Shown: positions 49,860 to 58,992 of the stretch, in pieces | Layout of the letters: each line of letters begins with the position of its first letter | Position numbering within the stretch: position 1 is the first letter of the stretch | Origin: a virus | Virus record (IMG/VR): IMGVR_UViG_3300017987_000005 | Coordinates: 105,157 to 169,156 of that record | Direction: 5' to 3' (one strand) | Length of the DNA stretch: 64,000 bases | Notes under the pieces: model-generated | Databases searched by the model: none | What the model was told of the DNA's origin: nothing | Seen by the model: only the letters and a program-made list of their open reading frames with translations | Translations under genes and position numbers: made by a program

Positions 49860-50153
49860 TTATTTCGTAGACACAACCTCAAGTTCATCTTTATACAGCT
49901 TTATAGCCTCGATGACAACTTCCTCCCAGTAATCATCAAATTCATGCGCAGTCCAGTCGTCGCACAGCCCGCTCTCGCGCATCATGTTGCGAACATGCAT
50001 CCCGTCACGAAAATGAACTGGGTGCGGTATCTTTCCTGGAATAACGCAGTTAAGTGTTCCGAATGTATCGAGTATCCCGACAAAATACATCAATCCTTGG
50101 ACACTCATATTCTCCATGATATATTTAACAAGTTCTTCAGATACTTTTCCCAT
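49860..50153 (-). CDS. Hypothetical protein
   Basis: Start moved to ATG 50153 (SD GGAGG). Confidence 0.65.
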   Translation of the reverse strand: MGKVSEELVKYIMENMSVQGLMYFVGILDTFGTLNCVIPGKIPHPVHFRDGMHVRNMMRESGLCDDWTAHEFDDYWEEVVIEAIKLYKDELEVVSTK

Positions 50154-50403
50154 CTTCAGCTTCCTCCGATTTGCTTTTGTTTTTAAGATTTTCAAATACT
50201 TTTTTAATGCACGACTGTAATATCTTATCCGGATAGCCGCACTCCATGCACCACGGAGCGCCCCAACGATGGAGCCCAAGCTTGCACCAGAAACTTCTGT
50301 TCCTCCACCTTAACGGCGCGCCTACCCACCCCTTTTCATTGTCCCAATATCCTTCAGCCACGTTTACTCCTCTCTTTTTTCCACTTCTCGCACTTTCGTC
50401 CAT
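50137..50403 (-). CDS. Hypothetical protein (CxxGxHxW)
   Basis: Overlapping small ORF; start uncertain. Confidence 0.55.
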   Translation of the reverse strand: MDESARSGKKRGVNVAEGYWDNEKGWVGAPLRWRNRSFWCKLGLHRWGAPWCMECGYPDKILQSCIKKVFENLKNKSKSEEAEDGKSI

Positions 50404-50587
50404 CGCAAGAGGAGTTACCGACTATCGTGGTCATCCCCACTTGGTTATGAACTACTCGAGCTTTACAGATATACAGGCAACACCCGTTCCATTCGCGGTC
50501 TTTGCAATCACGTGCAAATACTTGAAATGGGTGAGTACTCTTATCCACTCGGTCTTTATGTTTACTCATAGTGCTGACAATTACCAC
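50354..50587 (-). CDS. Cys-rich hypothetical protein
   Basis: Small ORF; start uncertain. Confidence 0.55.
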   Translation of the reverse strand: MVIVSTMSKHKDRVDKSTHPFQVFARDCKDREWNGCCLYICKARVVHNQVGMTTIVGNSSCDGRKCEKWKKERSKRG

Positions 50588-50843
50588 TAATATTCAAACG
50601 CATCGCAGTAATCTCCCTGTCTGCTGTCTGCGAGGTAGTACTACAGTCTATCTCCTGATTGAATTTCCAACATTCGACGTATCCCCAAAAGTTAACTTCG
50701 CCATGCTTACACTTCCGGCATTCTCTTGAAACTTCCGGAACTTTCCGGAATATTCCGTACAATGCTAGAACTATCCCAACAATGCATAACGGTAACATGA
50801 CGTACATTAAAAACCAATCGGGCGTTCCGGCTGGTATCTTCAT
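50562..50843 (-). CDS. Membrane-anchored Cys-rich protein
   Basis: N-terminal TM segment, CxxC. Confidence 0.65.
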   Translation of the reverse strand: MKIPAGTPDWFLMYVMLPLCIVGIVLALYGIFRKVPEVSRECRKCKHGEVNFWGYVECWKFNQEIDCSTTSQTADREITAMRLNISGNCQHYE

Positions 50844-51286
50844 TCCGAACTCCAGTATTTAAGCATGGCTATAAGCGCAGGGTACGTCGTTAAAAAATGA
50901 ATCAAGAAATCGACTACGACGTATACAACTGCGGTAAATGATATGTAAATGACGGCATCCCGCCTCGGAGGTACTTCTCGCTGCCCAACTGACATCGGCT
51001 CATACTGCTCATGCACTTTATCAATAGACTCGAATGAACGTCCCCCTATCAGGCGCAGCCAAACATTCCCGAGTCCGAAAATATCAACAATCCCATGCAT
51101 ACAAGCTACCGGTACGATAATCAAGACATTCTGGAACATAGCTCCCATCGTCAATCCGTAAATAACCGTATGGACAATAATCGGAAGCCCGAGCTTCCTA
51201 GTCTTATTCAGCGCCATCCAGTTATTCTGGAGAAGAAAATCTGCAATCAGATGCGCTATTACGAATTTTTCAAAAGTATTCATCAC
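50840..51286 (-). CDS. DUF3307-like membrane protein
   Basis: AHLIADFLLQ..WMA..K, H, H..VD, D..IH. Confidence 0.85.
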   Translation of the reverse strand: MMNTFEKFVIAHLIADFLLQNNWMALNKTRKLGLPIIVHTVIYGLTMGAMFQNVLIIVPVACMHGIVDIFGLGNVWLRLIGGRSFESIDKVHEQYEPMSVGQREVPPRRDAVIYISFTAVVYVVVDFLIHFLTTYPALIAMLKYWSSE

Positions 51287-51480
51287 GCCTCCCTAAATTT
51301 GCGAGATACTTCGCTCTCCTGTCCGCATCGTTTGCAGTACATGCGAGCATAATCCTTGAACCCCTTGATTCCGGAATTCAACTGCTCATCCGTTGCAGGG
51401 ATTCCTTCCTGCGCGGCGCACGTCCACGCATGGCTCCCCATAAGCTTACAGAAAAACAGGATTGCAAGTATTCTACGCAT
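51283..51480 (-). CDS. Small Zn-binding protein
   Basis: CKLMGSHAW...CKRCG. Confidence 0.65.
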   Translation of the reverse strand: MRRILAILFFCKLMGSHAWTCAAQEGIPATDEQLNSGIKGFKDYARMYCKRCGQESEVSRKFREA

Positions 51481-52655
51481 CAGTAACGGCTCCTATGAAA
51501 AGCATATCTAACTCCCTGCTCGTTTGTCGGCATCTTCGCTTCGAGTAAAAAGAATAGCCCTATATTCACAGCTATCCCGATAAATACAGCTAACAACTTC
51601 CACGCCCAGTGTATACTTATTTTGATATATTCGAAATCAGCGAACTCTTTACGCTCCCACTGTTCAGGAACAAATTCTCGTAAAGCTCGGGCATAATCAT
51701 TAATATTCCAAACCTCACCAACCAGCTCGTTCTCAATACTTTTATGTATAGTAGTATTATCCATCCAACTCTGGACGGAACACCACTGGACTCTGCTTTC
51801 CGTAACTCCGACGAACGTAACAAGCTCATTCTTATTCGGCCCCTGCCACGCTGACATTACATCATCAACAACACTCCTGTCCTGTCCATGAAATAACATC
51901 AGTATAGTATGTATCTGATATTTCGGTCCAAACTCAGCATTAATTCGTCGCAGCAAAAGCTCATCTTCCTGAGATGCTCCTCCGAGCACTGGTGACGTAT
52001 TCCCTTTATCAGCAGGGCGGGGATATTTCTTGATAAGCTCCTCCGTCGGCTCCTTAAACTTGAATATCGAATTAGATTCGCGTACTTTATTCTTATATGT
52101 ATGAATAGAAGAATTCGGAAACATGGTCTCAAAAGTTCCGGGCCACTTGCACTCAAATATCCCTCCGGTTATAGGAGTCTTAAGCATTGTTGCACTTCCT
52201 TTGTGCTCCCCAGTACGTTTCTCGTTTCCCCACAACGATTTCCATTTATTATACGTCCCCTGGTTACACGTGGACCAATTCCCATACTCATCTTTAATAC
52301 TCCAGTAAGGTCCGTAATACGCAGTAACATAGTAAGTCTCTGTCCGATAACGCGTATTTCCTTTGCTATCAGTTCCACACGGAACTTGTCGAGTGCGAGA
52401 TTCCTTCTTACTCCACTTCTCCTCATGCTTTATTCGAGTAACTTTATAATTCCATACTTCAGAATCGTATATCTTCATTATTCCGATGAAATATAAAGAT
52501 ATTCCAAGAATAACCCCTATCCCGATTCCTGAAGAAATCAGAATTAGAAACTTCTTCTTATTACGCTCCTCCTTCAAAGGCCATGTCGGAAGCACTAATA
52601 AAACAAAAGCTGTCAATAGAGGTACGAATATCCCTATTAAAATTAATCCGCTCAT
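51480..52655 (-). CDS. Membrane protein with a large extracytoplasmic domain (TPM-like C-terminal part)
   Basis: Two N-terminal and one C-terminal TM segments; WQGPNKNELV. Confidence 0.75.
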   Translation of the reverse strand: MSGLILIGIFVPLLTAFVLLVLPTWPLKEERNKKKFLILISSGIGIGVILGISLYFIGIMKIYDSEVWNYKVTRIKHEEKWSKKESRTRQVPCGTDSKGNTRYRTETYYVTAYYGPYWSIKDEYGNWSTCNQGTYNKWKSLWGNEKRTGEHKGSATMLKTPITGGIFECKWPGTFETMFPNSSIHTYKNKVRESNSIFKFKEPTEELIKKYPRPADKGNTSPVLGGASQEDELLLRRINAEFGPKYQIHTILMLFHGQDRSVVDDVMSAWQGPNKNELVTFVGVTESRVQWCSVQSWMDNTTIHKSIENELVGEVWNINDYARALREFVPEQWERKEFADFEYIKISIHWAWKLLAVFIGIAVNIGLFFLLEAKMPTNEQGVRYAFHRSRY

Positions 52656-52658
52656 TCT

Positions 52659-52964
52659 TCACTCTCCTTCGATATCTTCCTTGATGGCTAGTGCGAGCAG
52701 CATCAACGCCTTCCTCACTCTAAGATGATTCCCACCACCTACGCTGGTACGTGCTCTAAATGTTGGGACTCCCAATGTAGTATTGTGTGACGGAGACATA
52801 CTCAGATGCAAATCACCATCACTCGATATCAAAACACGCATAATCCCACATCGGTCATCACACTCTACTTCATATGATTCACTGGAGTTAAGTCTCTCCC
52901 ACAGCCGCCCCCACTCGATAGAAATCATATTATCGAATAATGATTTAGAGGAGGTCATCTTCAA
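52659..52964 (-). CDS. Hypothetical protein
   Basis: Small ORF. Confidence 0.6.
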   Translation of the reverse strand: MKMTSSKSLFDNMISIEWGRLWERLNSSESYEVECDDRCGIMRVLISSDGDLHLSMSPSHNTTLGVPTFRARTSVGGGNHLRVRKALMLLALAIKEDIEGE

Positions 52965-53493
52965 GCTCTTTAGTCTCGACGGCTTTCTTAGCTTTAGCTC
53001 CTGAAATCATCTCCGGCTTATCCTTGATTTTACCCTCATAACTCAACCACAGAATATTATGCCACGGGTCTTCACAAAAGGTGTTATACTGACGCCATAC
53101 GTCCGTAAGAGTATCCTGGCTTCGCTTGAACTGGTCGAGTTCTCCGGCAATAGAGTTAGCGAGCTTGGTATAAAGTTCCGGAGTTATTCCGAGCATATTA
53201 GCAGACTCGTTCTGCATCTTCAGAAGCGAACCTCCCTTACGCCCTTCGGCTTGAGCCATTACAACAGCAATAAAATCCTTCGCGAAATCATCCTTGACTT
53301 TTGCTTGGTTCTTAATGGTTTTAATCATATTATCGAGCGTGGTTTCGACTTCATTGAACTGCGCTTCATAGCGGTTCTTCAGCCCAACATAATCACGCTT
53401 AACCCCCATCCCATAAAACCAGAACGAAATGAAAAACAAGACAATAAGTCCCACAACAGACAGCGTAATAATGACTGATTTATTCATCGTCAC
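52945..53493 (-). CDS. LemA-like membrane-anchored helical protein
   Basis: N-terminal TM segment followed by a helical bundle ending YN...P.N. Confidence 0.65.
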   Translation of the reverse strand: MTMNKSVIITLSVVGLIVLFFISFWFYGMGVKRDYVGLKNRYEAQFNEVETTLDNMIKTIKNQAKVKDDFAKDFIAVVMAQAEGRKGGSLLKMQNESANMLGITPELYTKLANSIAGELDQFKRSQDTLTDVWRQYNTFCEDPWHNILWLSYEGKIKDKPEMISGAKAKKAVETKELEDDLL

Positions 53494-54016
53494 TCTCCTC
53501 CGAAAAAATTATGTCAAACTTATCCTTCAACTTAGGATATACACGATACAACTCACTCTTGTATTCATCAGAAATCTCCGTTAGATTCCCGTCAAGAATC
53601 TTCTGATAATCATCCAGCCACTTCTCCGGAACTTTGAATACGAACGTACAATACGTGCAGTCAAAGTCATCGTCAAAGCGCTCAACAAAACATTCATGAT
53701 TTTCCAGTTTATCTGCTTCGCATGCTGGGCAGTCGCAATCCGGCTCACCGTCCTCCCAACACTCGGAGTTTCCTCCGCCCATCCTGGTGAATACGCATAT
53801 AACGGGTTCCGGGTCAGATTTGAATTCGTTGTCAAACCATTTCGGGCTATCCTCATCTATGGACATTAACGGCAATCCGTCTTTATTAAGCTTGAACTTC
53901 CGCTTCTGAACAAAGCAGTCCCGGAATCGCGGATAATCATCCGCGTGCTTCCCGAGCATAGGAAGAATAAAAAATGCGGCAGGGTTTACTCCCTCTATCA
54001 TATTATAAAGACTCAT
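53480..54016 (-). CDS. Hypothetical protein (WFDN motif)
   Basis: MSLYNM...RFRDCF...TRMGGGN...DDDFDCTY. Confidence 0.75.
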   Translation of the reverse strand: MSLYNMIEGVNPAAFFILPMLGKHADDYPRFRDCFVQKRKFKLNKDGLPLMSIDEDSPKWFDNEFKSDPEPVICVFTRMGGGNSECWEDGEPDCDCPACEADKLENHECFVERFDDDFDCTYCTFVFKVPEKWLDDYQKILDGNLTEISDEYKSELYRVYPKLKDKFDIIFSEESDDE

Positions 54017-54879
54017 ATAAACTCACTTTCATCATCCATCTTCTTCAGCCAATTCTGGTAAGTAGTCTGTGTCCCGTTCCACTCAAACTTCTTAATACTA
54101 TGCTTCTGATACCAGTCCCACAGCTTATCAATTTGTCGGTTGCTGATTTTATGGCGCGACCCGTAATGTATCAGGACAATATGCTTCCCAGTCATATATC
54201 GTCCGACTTTAATCCATCCACGATTCAAAAGAACGTCAGGTCCGTTATCGTCAAATTCGTATCCGAACTTGTCGATAATCTGTCCGGCTGTTTCGGTGTG
54301 CTCCCAATATCCGCATGAATACCAACCTCCATGCGGAGACAGCCACCCTGACTCAAGCTCGATATCATCAGTCTGAATCTCAGGTTCTTCCTCTTCTTCC
54401 TCTTCCGGCTCAATAGTCTTAGCAGTAGCGGTTCCGGTCCAGAAATCGACTGTCCCCTTAATGAGACTCTTTGTAGTCTCCTTGGCATACTCGTACGCGT
54501 CCTCACGTGCTCCGCCGTTGTACAAACGGATAAGTTCTGCTCTATCCCTCTTCAAAGTCTCAATCTCGTCCTTGAGCGACGTGAAGGCTTCCTGGAGCGA
54601 TGGCATCTCTACGTCATCCTCTACGAGATATAACGGTTCCAGTCCTTTACACTGCTTACATTTCGGGTCTTCGCAGATGCCCCATCCCGACATCCGCAAC
54701 TTGCCGGCAAGAATAGCAATACACTGTCCATCATCCAGCCCTTCGAAACACTGGACCATGTTCAACGCTTTCGCGTAGTTCCCTTCCCGGACAATATCTC
54801 GGGCAAGGTCTGTGATAAAATCCCCACTTACGAGGAAATGAAGCGTTTCGCGCAGCTCCCTTTTAGTCGCCGTAGTCAT
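54013..54879 (-). CDS. Hypothetical protein
   Basis: 288-aa ORF; GWLSPHG...H...GWIKV. Confidence 0.75.
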   Translation of the reverse strand: MTTATKRELRETLHFLVSGDFITDLARDIVREGNYAKALNMVQCFEGLDDGQCIAILAGKLRMSGWGICEDPKCKQCKGLEPLYLVEDDVEMPSLQEAFTSLKDEIETLKRDRAELIRLYNGGAREDAYEYAKETTKSLIKGTVDFWTGTATAKTIEPEEEEEEEPEIQTDDIELESGWLSPHGGWYSCGYWEHTETAGQIIDKFGYEFDDNGPDVLLNRGWIKVGRYMTGKHIVLIHYGSRHKISNRQIDKLWDWYQKHSIKKFEWNGTQTTYQNWLKKMDDESEFI

Positions 54880-54894
54880 TACTTTCTCCTCAAT

Positions 54895-55188
54895 TTACTC
54901 AGCATCCGCCTCGCTGTTGCAATCACTTTCAACGTCGGCTTTCGCAGAAACGGAATCTCCGTCATCCCCTTCGGCACTTTTAACGCTATCAGCATCTCGT
55001 CCCTTCCGAACAGCATGGCATCCCTCCTCAATAACAAATCCGAGCTGTTCCAGCGTCCGGTACATGTTCTTGAAAAATCTCCGCGCGCAAGGTCCACAAA
55101 TGCATTTATTTCCCCCGAACTTCGTCACATCGGACTCAAATCGAGGCTTTGAACATAACGAACAAATTCTATCTGGCTTAGCTCCCAT
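54895..55188 (-). CDS. C4 Zn-finger protein resembling the ClpX N-terminal domain
   Basis: CSLCSK...ICGPC; start moved to ATG 55188. Confidence 0.55.
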   Translation of the reverse strand: MGAKPDRICSLCSKPRFESDVTKFGGNKCICGPCARRFFKNMYRTLEQLGFVIEEGCHAVRKGRDADSVKSAEGDDGDSVSAKADVESDCNSEADAE

Positions 55189-55189
55189 A

Positions 55190-55528
55190 TTACATGTTCT
55201 CCTGTATCTCTTCATCAGTCCATTCGAATAAACGGGTTCCGTCATCAAGCTCCAGGCATAAAAACGCCATCGGTCCACTGGACCACGGGTCAGCTTGAAC
55301 AACTTCCTTAACAGTTCCTCCGTTTTTCAAACGATACGTTATAAGGTCTGGCCCATCCCCGGCAAACATATCAACGTGTTCACTCGAAAGCTCGACCTGT
55401 ACTTTAGTAGTATCTTCATGTCCGCACTTAGAACATCTGTGCGTAACAATATCCTTAACGGCAACGTGCTCCTCGAGCCATCCCGCTGCTCCGTCCTTTA
55501 ATCCAACATATTGGAAACAACGCATCAC
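55190..55528 (-). CDS. Hypothetical protein
   Basis: SD AAGGAGG; CSKCG. Confidence 0.7.
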   Translation of the reverse strand: MMRCFQYVGLKDGAAGWLEEHVAVKDIVTHRCSKCGHEDTTKVQVELSSEHVDMFAGDGPDLITYRLKNGGTVKEVVQADPWSSGPMAFLCLELDDGTRLFEWTDEEIQENM

Positions 55529-55728
55529 TTATCCTCCTTTTGCAAGTGATTGCAATCAGCTCCGACAGGCTTATCCCCCGGAGCGAGTAGTACAATCTTC
55601 CCGCAACGCTTACATCTCCACTTATTCCTCGCCATGATAAATCCTACATCATCATCTTTACATTTTTCCCACTCATCGTGCAGACAAAATATCCGCGCAA
55701 ATAACCGAGATAATAATCTCTTAATCAT
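55525..55728 (-). CDS. Small Zn-binding protein
   Basis: FCLH...CKRCG. Confidence 0.65.
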   Translation of the reverse strand: MIKRLLSRLFARIFCLHDEWEKCKDDDVGFIMARNKWRCKRCGKIVLLAPGDKPVGADCNHLQKEDK

Positions 55729-56609
55729 CGGTGCCGAGTCAGCACTTCTTCGATATCACGAATAAGCATGGACTTGTTATTTACGTCCTTACTGATAAGC
55801 TCATCCAGGTTTCCAAAGTGCTCCTCTAAACAACGATGGAGCAAATCAATAATAGCATCATGGTCAGGACGCTCCCGAAGCGGAGAAGACTCATACAAAC
55901 CTTCCAGATACTTCTCCTTACGCTTGAACAAGTCTTCAATCTCATCCAGAGTCATGTCTCCACGATGAACAGCTTTAATCTGCTCCCGAGCGCGAGTCAG
56001 GTCAACATCTCCATCCTTAAGAATCTGCTCGCATTCATCAAGCAGACGGATGATATGTCCGGCAAACTTTACATCGAATCCGAACTTCTCAACAATAGCT
56101 TTGCGCTTCCCCTGACGGTTCTGCGATTTCGCTTTATTCAACTGGCTCCAAGCGTATCCTTTGAACTTGAAGAATGCTCCCTTATGAAGAAACATCTTAC
56201 GATTCACGCGAACCATCTCCCCGATACGCGTGGACTTCAGAACATACTCCTGTTTCGTAAACAGGCTGTCAACCATGTTCGGATTGTTCTCCGCAAGCAG
56301 TTTGAAGTATTTTACAATATTAAACAACTGGATATCGACATCGAGTCCGTCATACGACATTCCGTGCTTTTGAAGTTGGTCGAAATTCGGGAACTTCTTG
56401 TGGTATCCGTAAATGAATCCGTGATGAAACGGGAACACAATATCCTTCGGCGGAATCGTGAAACCGTACAGGTCATAATCCGATTTCTCGGTATACGTAT
56501 CATAAGCACGGCTCCCCATCATCGTGATATACTGGGCATTCTCCAGAATCCACGCTTGAACTGAGGGGTCGCTCTTAATCCCCTGATTTACGGTGTTCAT
56601 TACGCTCAT
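55725..56609 (-). CDS. Pol-beta superfamily nucleotidyltransferase (YcgL/RlaP-like)
   Basis: GSRAY...SDYDLYG, NPNMVDSLF, FKGYA, GFDVKFAGHIIRLL. Confidence 0.9.
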   Translation of the reverse strand: MSVMNTVNQGIKSDPSVQAWILENAQYITMMGSRAYDTYTEKSDYDLYGFTIPPKDIVFPFHHGFIYGYHKKFPNFDQLQKHGMSYDGLDVDIQLFNIVKYFKLLAENNPNMVDSLFTKQEYVLKSTRIGEMVRVNRKMFLHKGAFFKFKGYAWSQLNKAKSQNRQGKRKAIVEKFGFDVKFAGHIIRLLDECEQILKDGDVDLTRAREQIKAVHRGDMTLDEIEDLFKRKEKYLEGLYESSPLRERPDHDAIIDLLHRCLEEHFGNLDELISKDVNNKSMLIRDIEEVLTRHR

Positions 56610-56844
56610 TTATCTTCCGCTCAAAATAACTGTAAACACTATTGACTTCTTCCGTAGATGATAACATCGTACGCTTAAGCATATCGCTGTAATCCACTTT
56701 GAATTCGATGAAATTGATTATGCAGAACTCAATCATATGTCCGACTAAGTTCTGTTTGGCGTTCTCCCGGTTATGGTTCATCCAGTGGAATTCGTTAAAT
56801 CCTGTTTTATGCTGGAACCACTCCCAAAAATCTTTCATGCTCAC
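56575..56844 (-). CDS. Hypothetical protein
   Basis: SD GGAGAGTGA. Confidence 0.6.
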   Translation of the reverse strand: MSMKDFWEWFQHKTGFNEFHWMNHNRENAKQNLVGHMIEFCIINFIEFKVDYSDMLKRTMLSSTEEVNSVYSYFERKINERNEHRKSGD

Positions 56845-57130
56845 TCTCCTTGAAGTTATTAAACCATGCTCGCGGCTGTTTATTTTCCGGGACTTTATAC
56901 TCTCCAGTAAAATCCGGATAAAGAACAGTCAATCCGTCACGCTCCGCTTGCTCCGGAGTATACGGGTCATTAATCCCTATTACAATGCACGCTTCAAAAT
57001 CAATCCCATAAAGATATGCAAGTTTAGGCGCATTAATATAATGCTCATCGCCATCATTCTTACTAATGACTTTTCCGGGAACGAGGGCATATCGCTTAGG
57101 CTTCAGTGTCTTCATCCTCTTGCTCCTCAA
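56807..57130 (-). CDS. Hypothetical protein (WFNN motif)
   Basis: PG.VISKNDGDEHYI...LYG. Confidence 0.7.
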   Translation of the reverse strand: MRSKRMKTLKPKRYALVPGKVISKNDGDEHYINAPKLAYLYGIDFEACIVIGINDPYTPEQAERDGLTVLYPDFTGEYKVPENKQPRAWFNNFKESEHERFLGVVPA

Positions 57131-57467
57131 GCTCTCCCTTCAACCCTTCAGCTACAGCGTCCTCGATATCCTCTGACACAGCGTCTACAATATCCCCGAT
57201 TGTTTCCTCCGTAATAACGTGGCTATATCGTACTCGACGCGTCCTCGATTCATTGTTAGTAAGACATTGGTCACAGATAACGAGCTGGAGTGCGACTCCC
57301 TCCCCCTCAACAAGCGAATCAAAGAAACTCGAACCAAACGTCCCGTCAGCACTGAAGCGGAGTCCGTCGCCGGGACTCTTCCAGGGGTCTTCTCCCCGCA
57401 TCGCTGAGGAGAGTTCTTCTCCGCAACAAAAGCACGTAACTACTCGAGGGGGTCGTATAGTTGCCAA
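57096..57467 (-). CDS. Zn-binding hypothetical protein
   Basis: CFCCG...ICDQC. Confidence 0.7.
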   Translation of the reverse strand: MATIRPPRVVTCFCCGEELSSAMRGEDPWKSPGDGLRFSADGTFGSSFFDSLVEGEGVALQLVICDQCLTNNESRTRRVRYSHVITEETIGDIVDAVSEDIEDAVAEGLKGELEEQEDEDTEA

Positions 57468-57476
57468 ATCATTCTC

Positions 57477-57770
57477 CTATCTGTTTGTCTGAGGAATCGC
57501 AGTGACCGGCCCGCCGGTCTTATTCTTCGGCTTTTTGACTTCTTTCTTCACAATTTTCAACTGCGGTTCATCGAAGAACTTGTCATCATGCGTCGAGCCG
57601 TCGTCTTTCAGCTTTGTTGAACGCACTCCGTACGTGTTACAGTTATAAAGCCACTGAGTTCTGGCTACGACTATTCCGGTAAATCCGGCAATAGTATCTT
57701 CAACTTCATCGCCCAGGTTGAACTTAAACTTCGGCTCCTTCGGCTTCCTCTTTCTAATCGGCATCTGCAA
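57477..57770 (-). CDS. Hypothetical protein (SH3/KOW-like)
   Basis: FNLGDEVEDTIAGFTGIVVART. Confidence 0.7.
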   Translation of the reverse strand: MQMPIRKRKPKEPKFKFNLGDEVEDTIAGFTGIVVARTQWLYNCNTYGVRSTKLKDDGSTHDDKFFDEPQLKIVKKEVKKPKNKTGGPVTAIPQTNR

Positions 57771-57778
57771 TTCCTTTA

Positions 57779-58204
57779 CTAAGTTCCAGGTCTTTGCTTA
57801 ACATCGGGAAAATGCTCACTCAACAACTCGTCAGGTGTTTTCCCGTCCATTGGATATTTCTCTTTCAATTTCTTGCACATATCACAATTATCCGGGTGCG
57901 TACGGTATGGGTCTTTATTGCACCAGATATGATGACGATTCTTATATAAATCCTCCGACATCAATGCTCCTCCGAGACGAAGCGTCGTCGGGTCACACTG
58001 CTTCGCTGCAATCGCAATCTCGGCTCCGCGAATACGGTCAACAAACTCTCCGGTATTCGTTATAAATCCTTGATTCGAAGTCCCTTTTCCCTTGAACTTC
58101 CCGTCCGCTCCGTACTGAATAATTATCCGTGAATGGTTGCGACCGGTGTAGACTTTCCCGTCATTCCCGAGAATCGCTGCATCCTCTATTCTGAGGTCGG
58201 ACAC
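57779..58204 (-). CDS. Hypothetical protein
   Basis: QGFITNTGEFVDR...SEDLY. Confidence 0.75.
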   Translation of the reverse strand: MSDLRIEDAAILGNDGKVYTGRNHSRIIIQYGADGKFKGKGTSNQGFITNTGEFVDRIRGAEIAIAAKQCDPTTLRLGGALMSEDLYKNRHHIWCNKDPYRTHPDNCDMCKKLKEKYPMDGKTPDELLSEHFPDVKQRPGT

Positions 58205-58443
58205 GCCCCTACCTCCTCCCGCAGATAATACAGACGAGCATCCGGCTCATTATCCACAGACTTATCCTCGACAATGAGCATGATTTTGACATCGCTGGAA
58301 TCCGATATTTTCAGGTCTTCGTTTTCGCTGAAAAACAGATTGTTAGCTTGGATAATCCGAGTGACTTCTTCATCGGTCGGTATATGACTAAGCTCAGTCA
58401 CTATCCGCTCTTTCCACGAGTCGTATACAGCGTATCTTGACAT
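58186..58443 (-). CDS. Hypothetical protein
   Basis: SD GGAGAGTGA before ATG 58443. Confidence 0.65.
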   Translation of the reverse strand: MSRYAVYDSWKERIVTELSHIPTDEEVTRIIQANNLFFSENEDLKISDSSDVKIMLIVEDKSVDNEPDARLYYLREEVGACPTSE

Positions 58444-58459
58444 ATTCACTCTCCGCAAA

Positions 58460-58972
58460 TTAAATATTTGTGTATATTTTTCTATTAATTATTTCTGATA
58501 TATGACCTTTAGAGGTCTTAAAATCTTTAGCAATACTTTTCAAAGAATCTCCCCCGACCCTACGTTTACGTATTTCCTTTATTTGAGAATCAGAAAAGCG
58601 CCGTCTCACAGAAGCGGCTTTGAAAGCTGTCTTAATCCTGGCGTCAGAAGGTGCGTCCATCATATTCTCGCTATGCGTCCCAATTCCAATATTATCCCAA
58701 CTATTATCTAATTTATCACTATTAAAATGCCTTACTTCAATCTCGTCATCAAAAATACTATCTCCAAATTTCTGGTATGCTTGTAAACAATGGACCGATA
58801 ATCCACAAGTTTTTTTGCCAACCTTGACAGATATAGTATGATATCCTTTCGAATTCACTCCTCCGATAAGCTTCTTACCTAACGGGTTATGGGGAATTCC
58901 GTCTTTAGATACTCTATACCCATCCCTGTAAACACGCAAAAGTATCTTCGACATTTTACTATCTCTGCGCAT
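58460..58972 (-). CDS. Free-standing HNH homing endonuclease with C-terminal HTH
   Basis: VH...EVRHFNSDKLDNSWDNI..GTHSENM; AT-rich gene. Confidence 0.9.
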   Translation of the reverse strand: MRRDSKMSKILLRVYRDGYRVSKDGIPHNPLGKKLIGGVNSKGYHTISVKVGKKTCGLSVHCLQAYQKFGDSIFDDEIEVRHFNSDKLDNSWDNIGIGTHSENMMDAPSDARIKTAFKAASVRRRFSDSQIKEIRKRRVGGDSLKSIAKDFKTSKGHISEIINRKIYTNI

Positions 58973-58992
58973 ACCGCCCCTTAATTAAAAAC

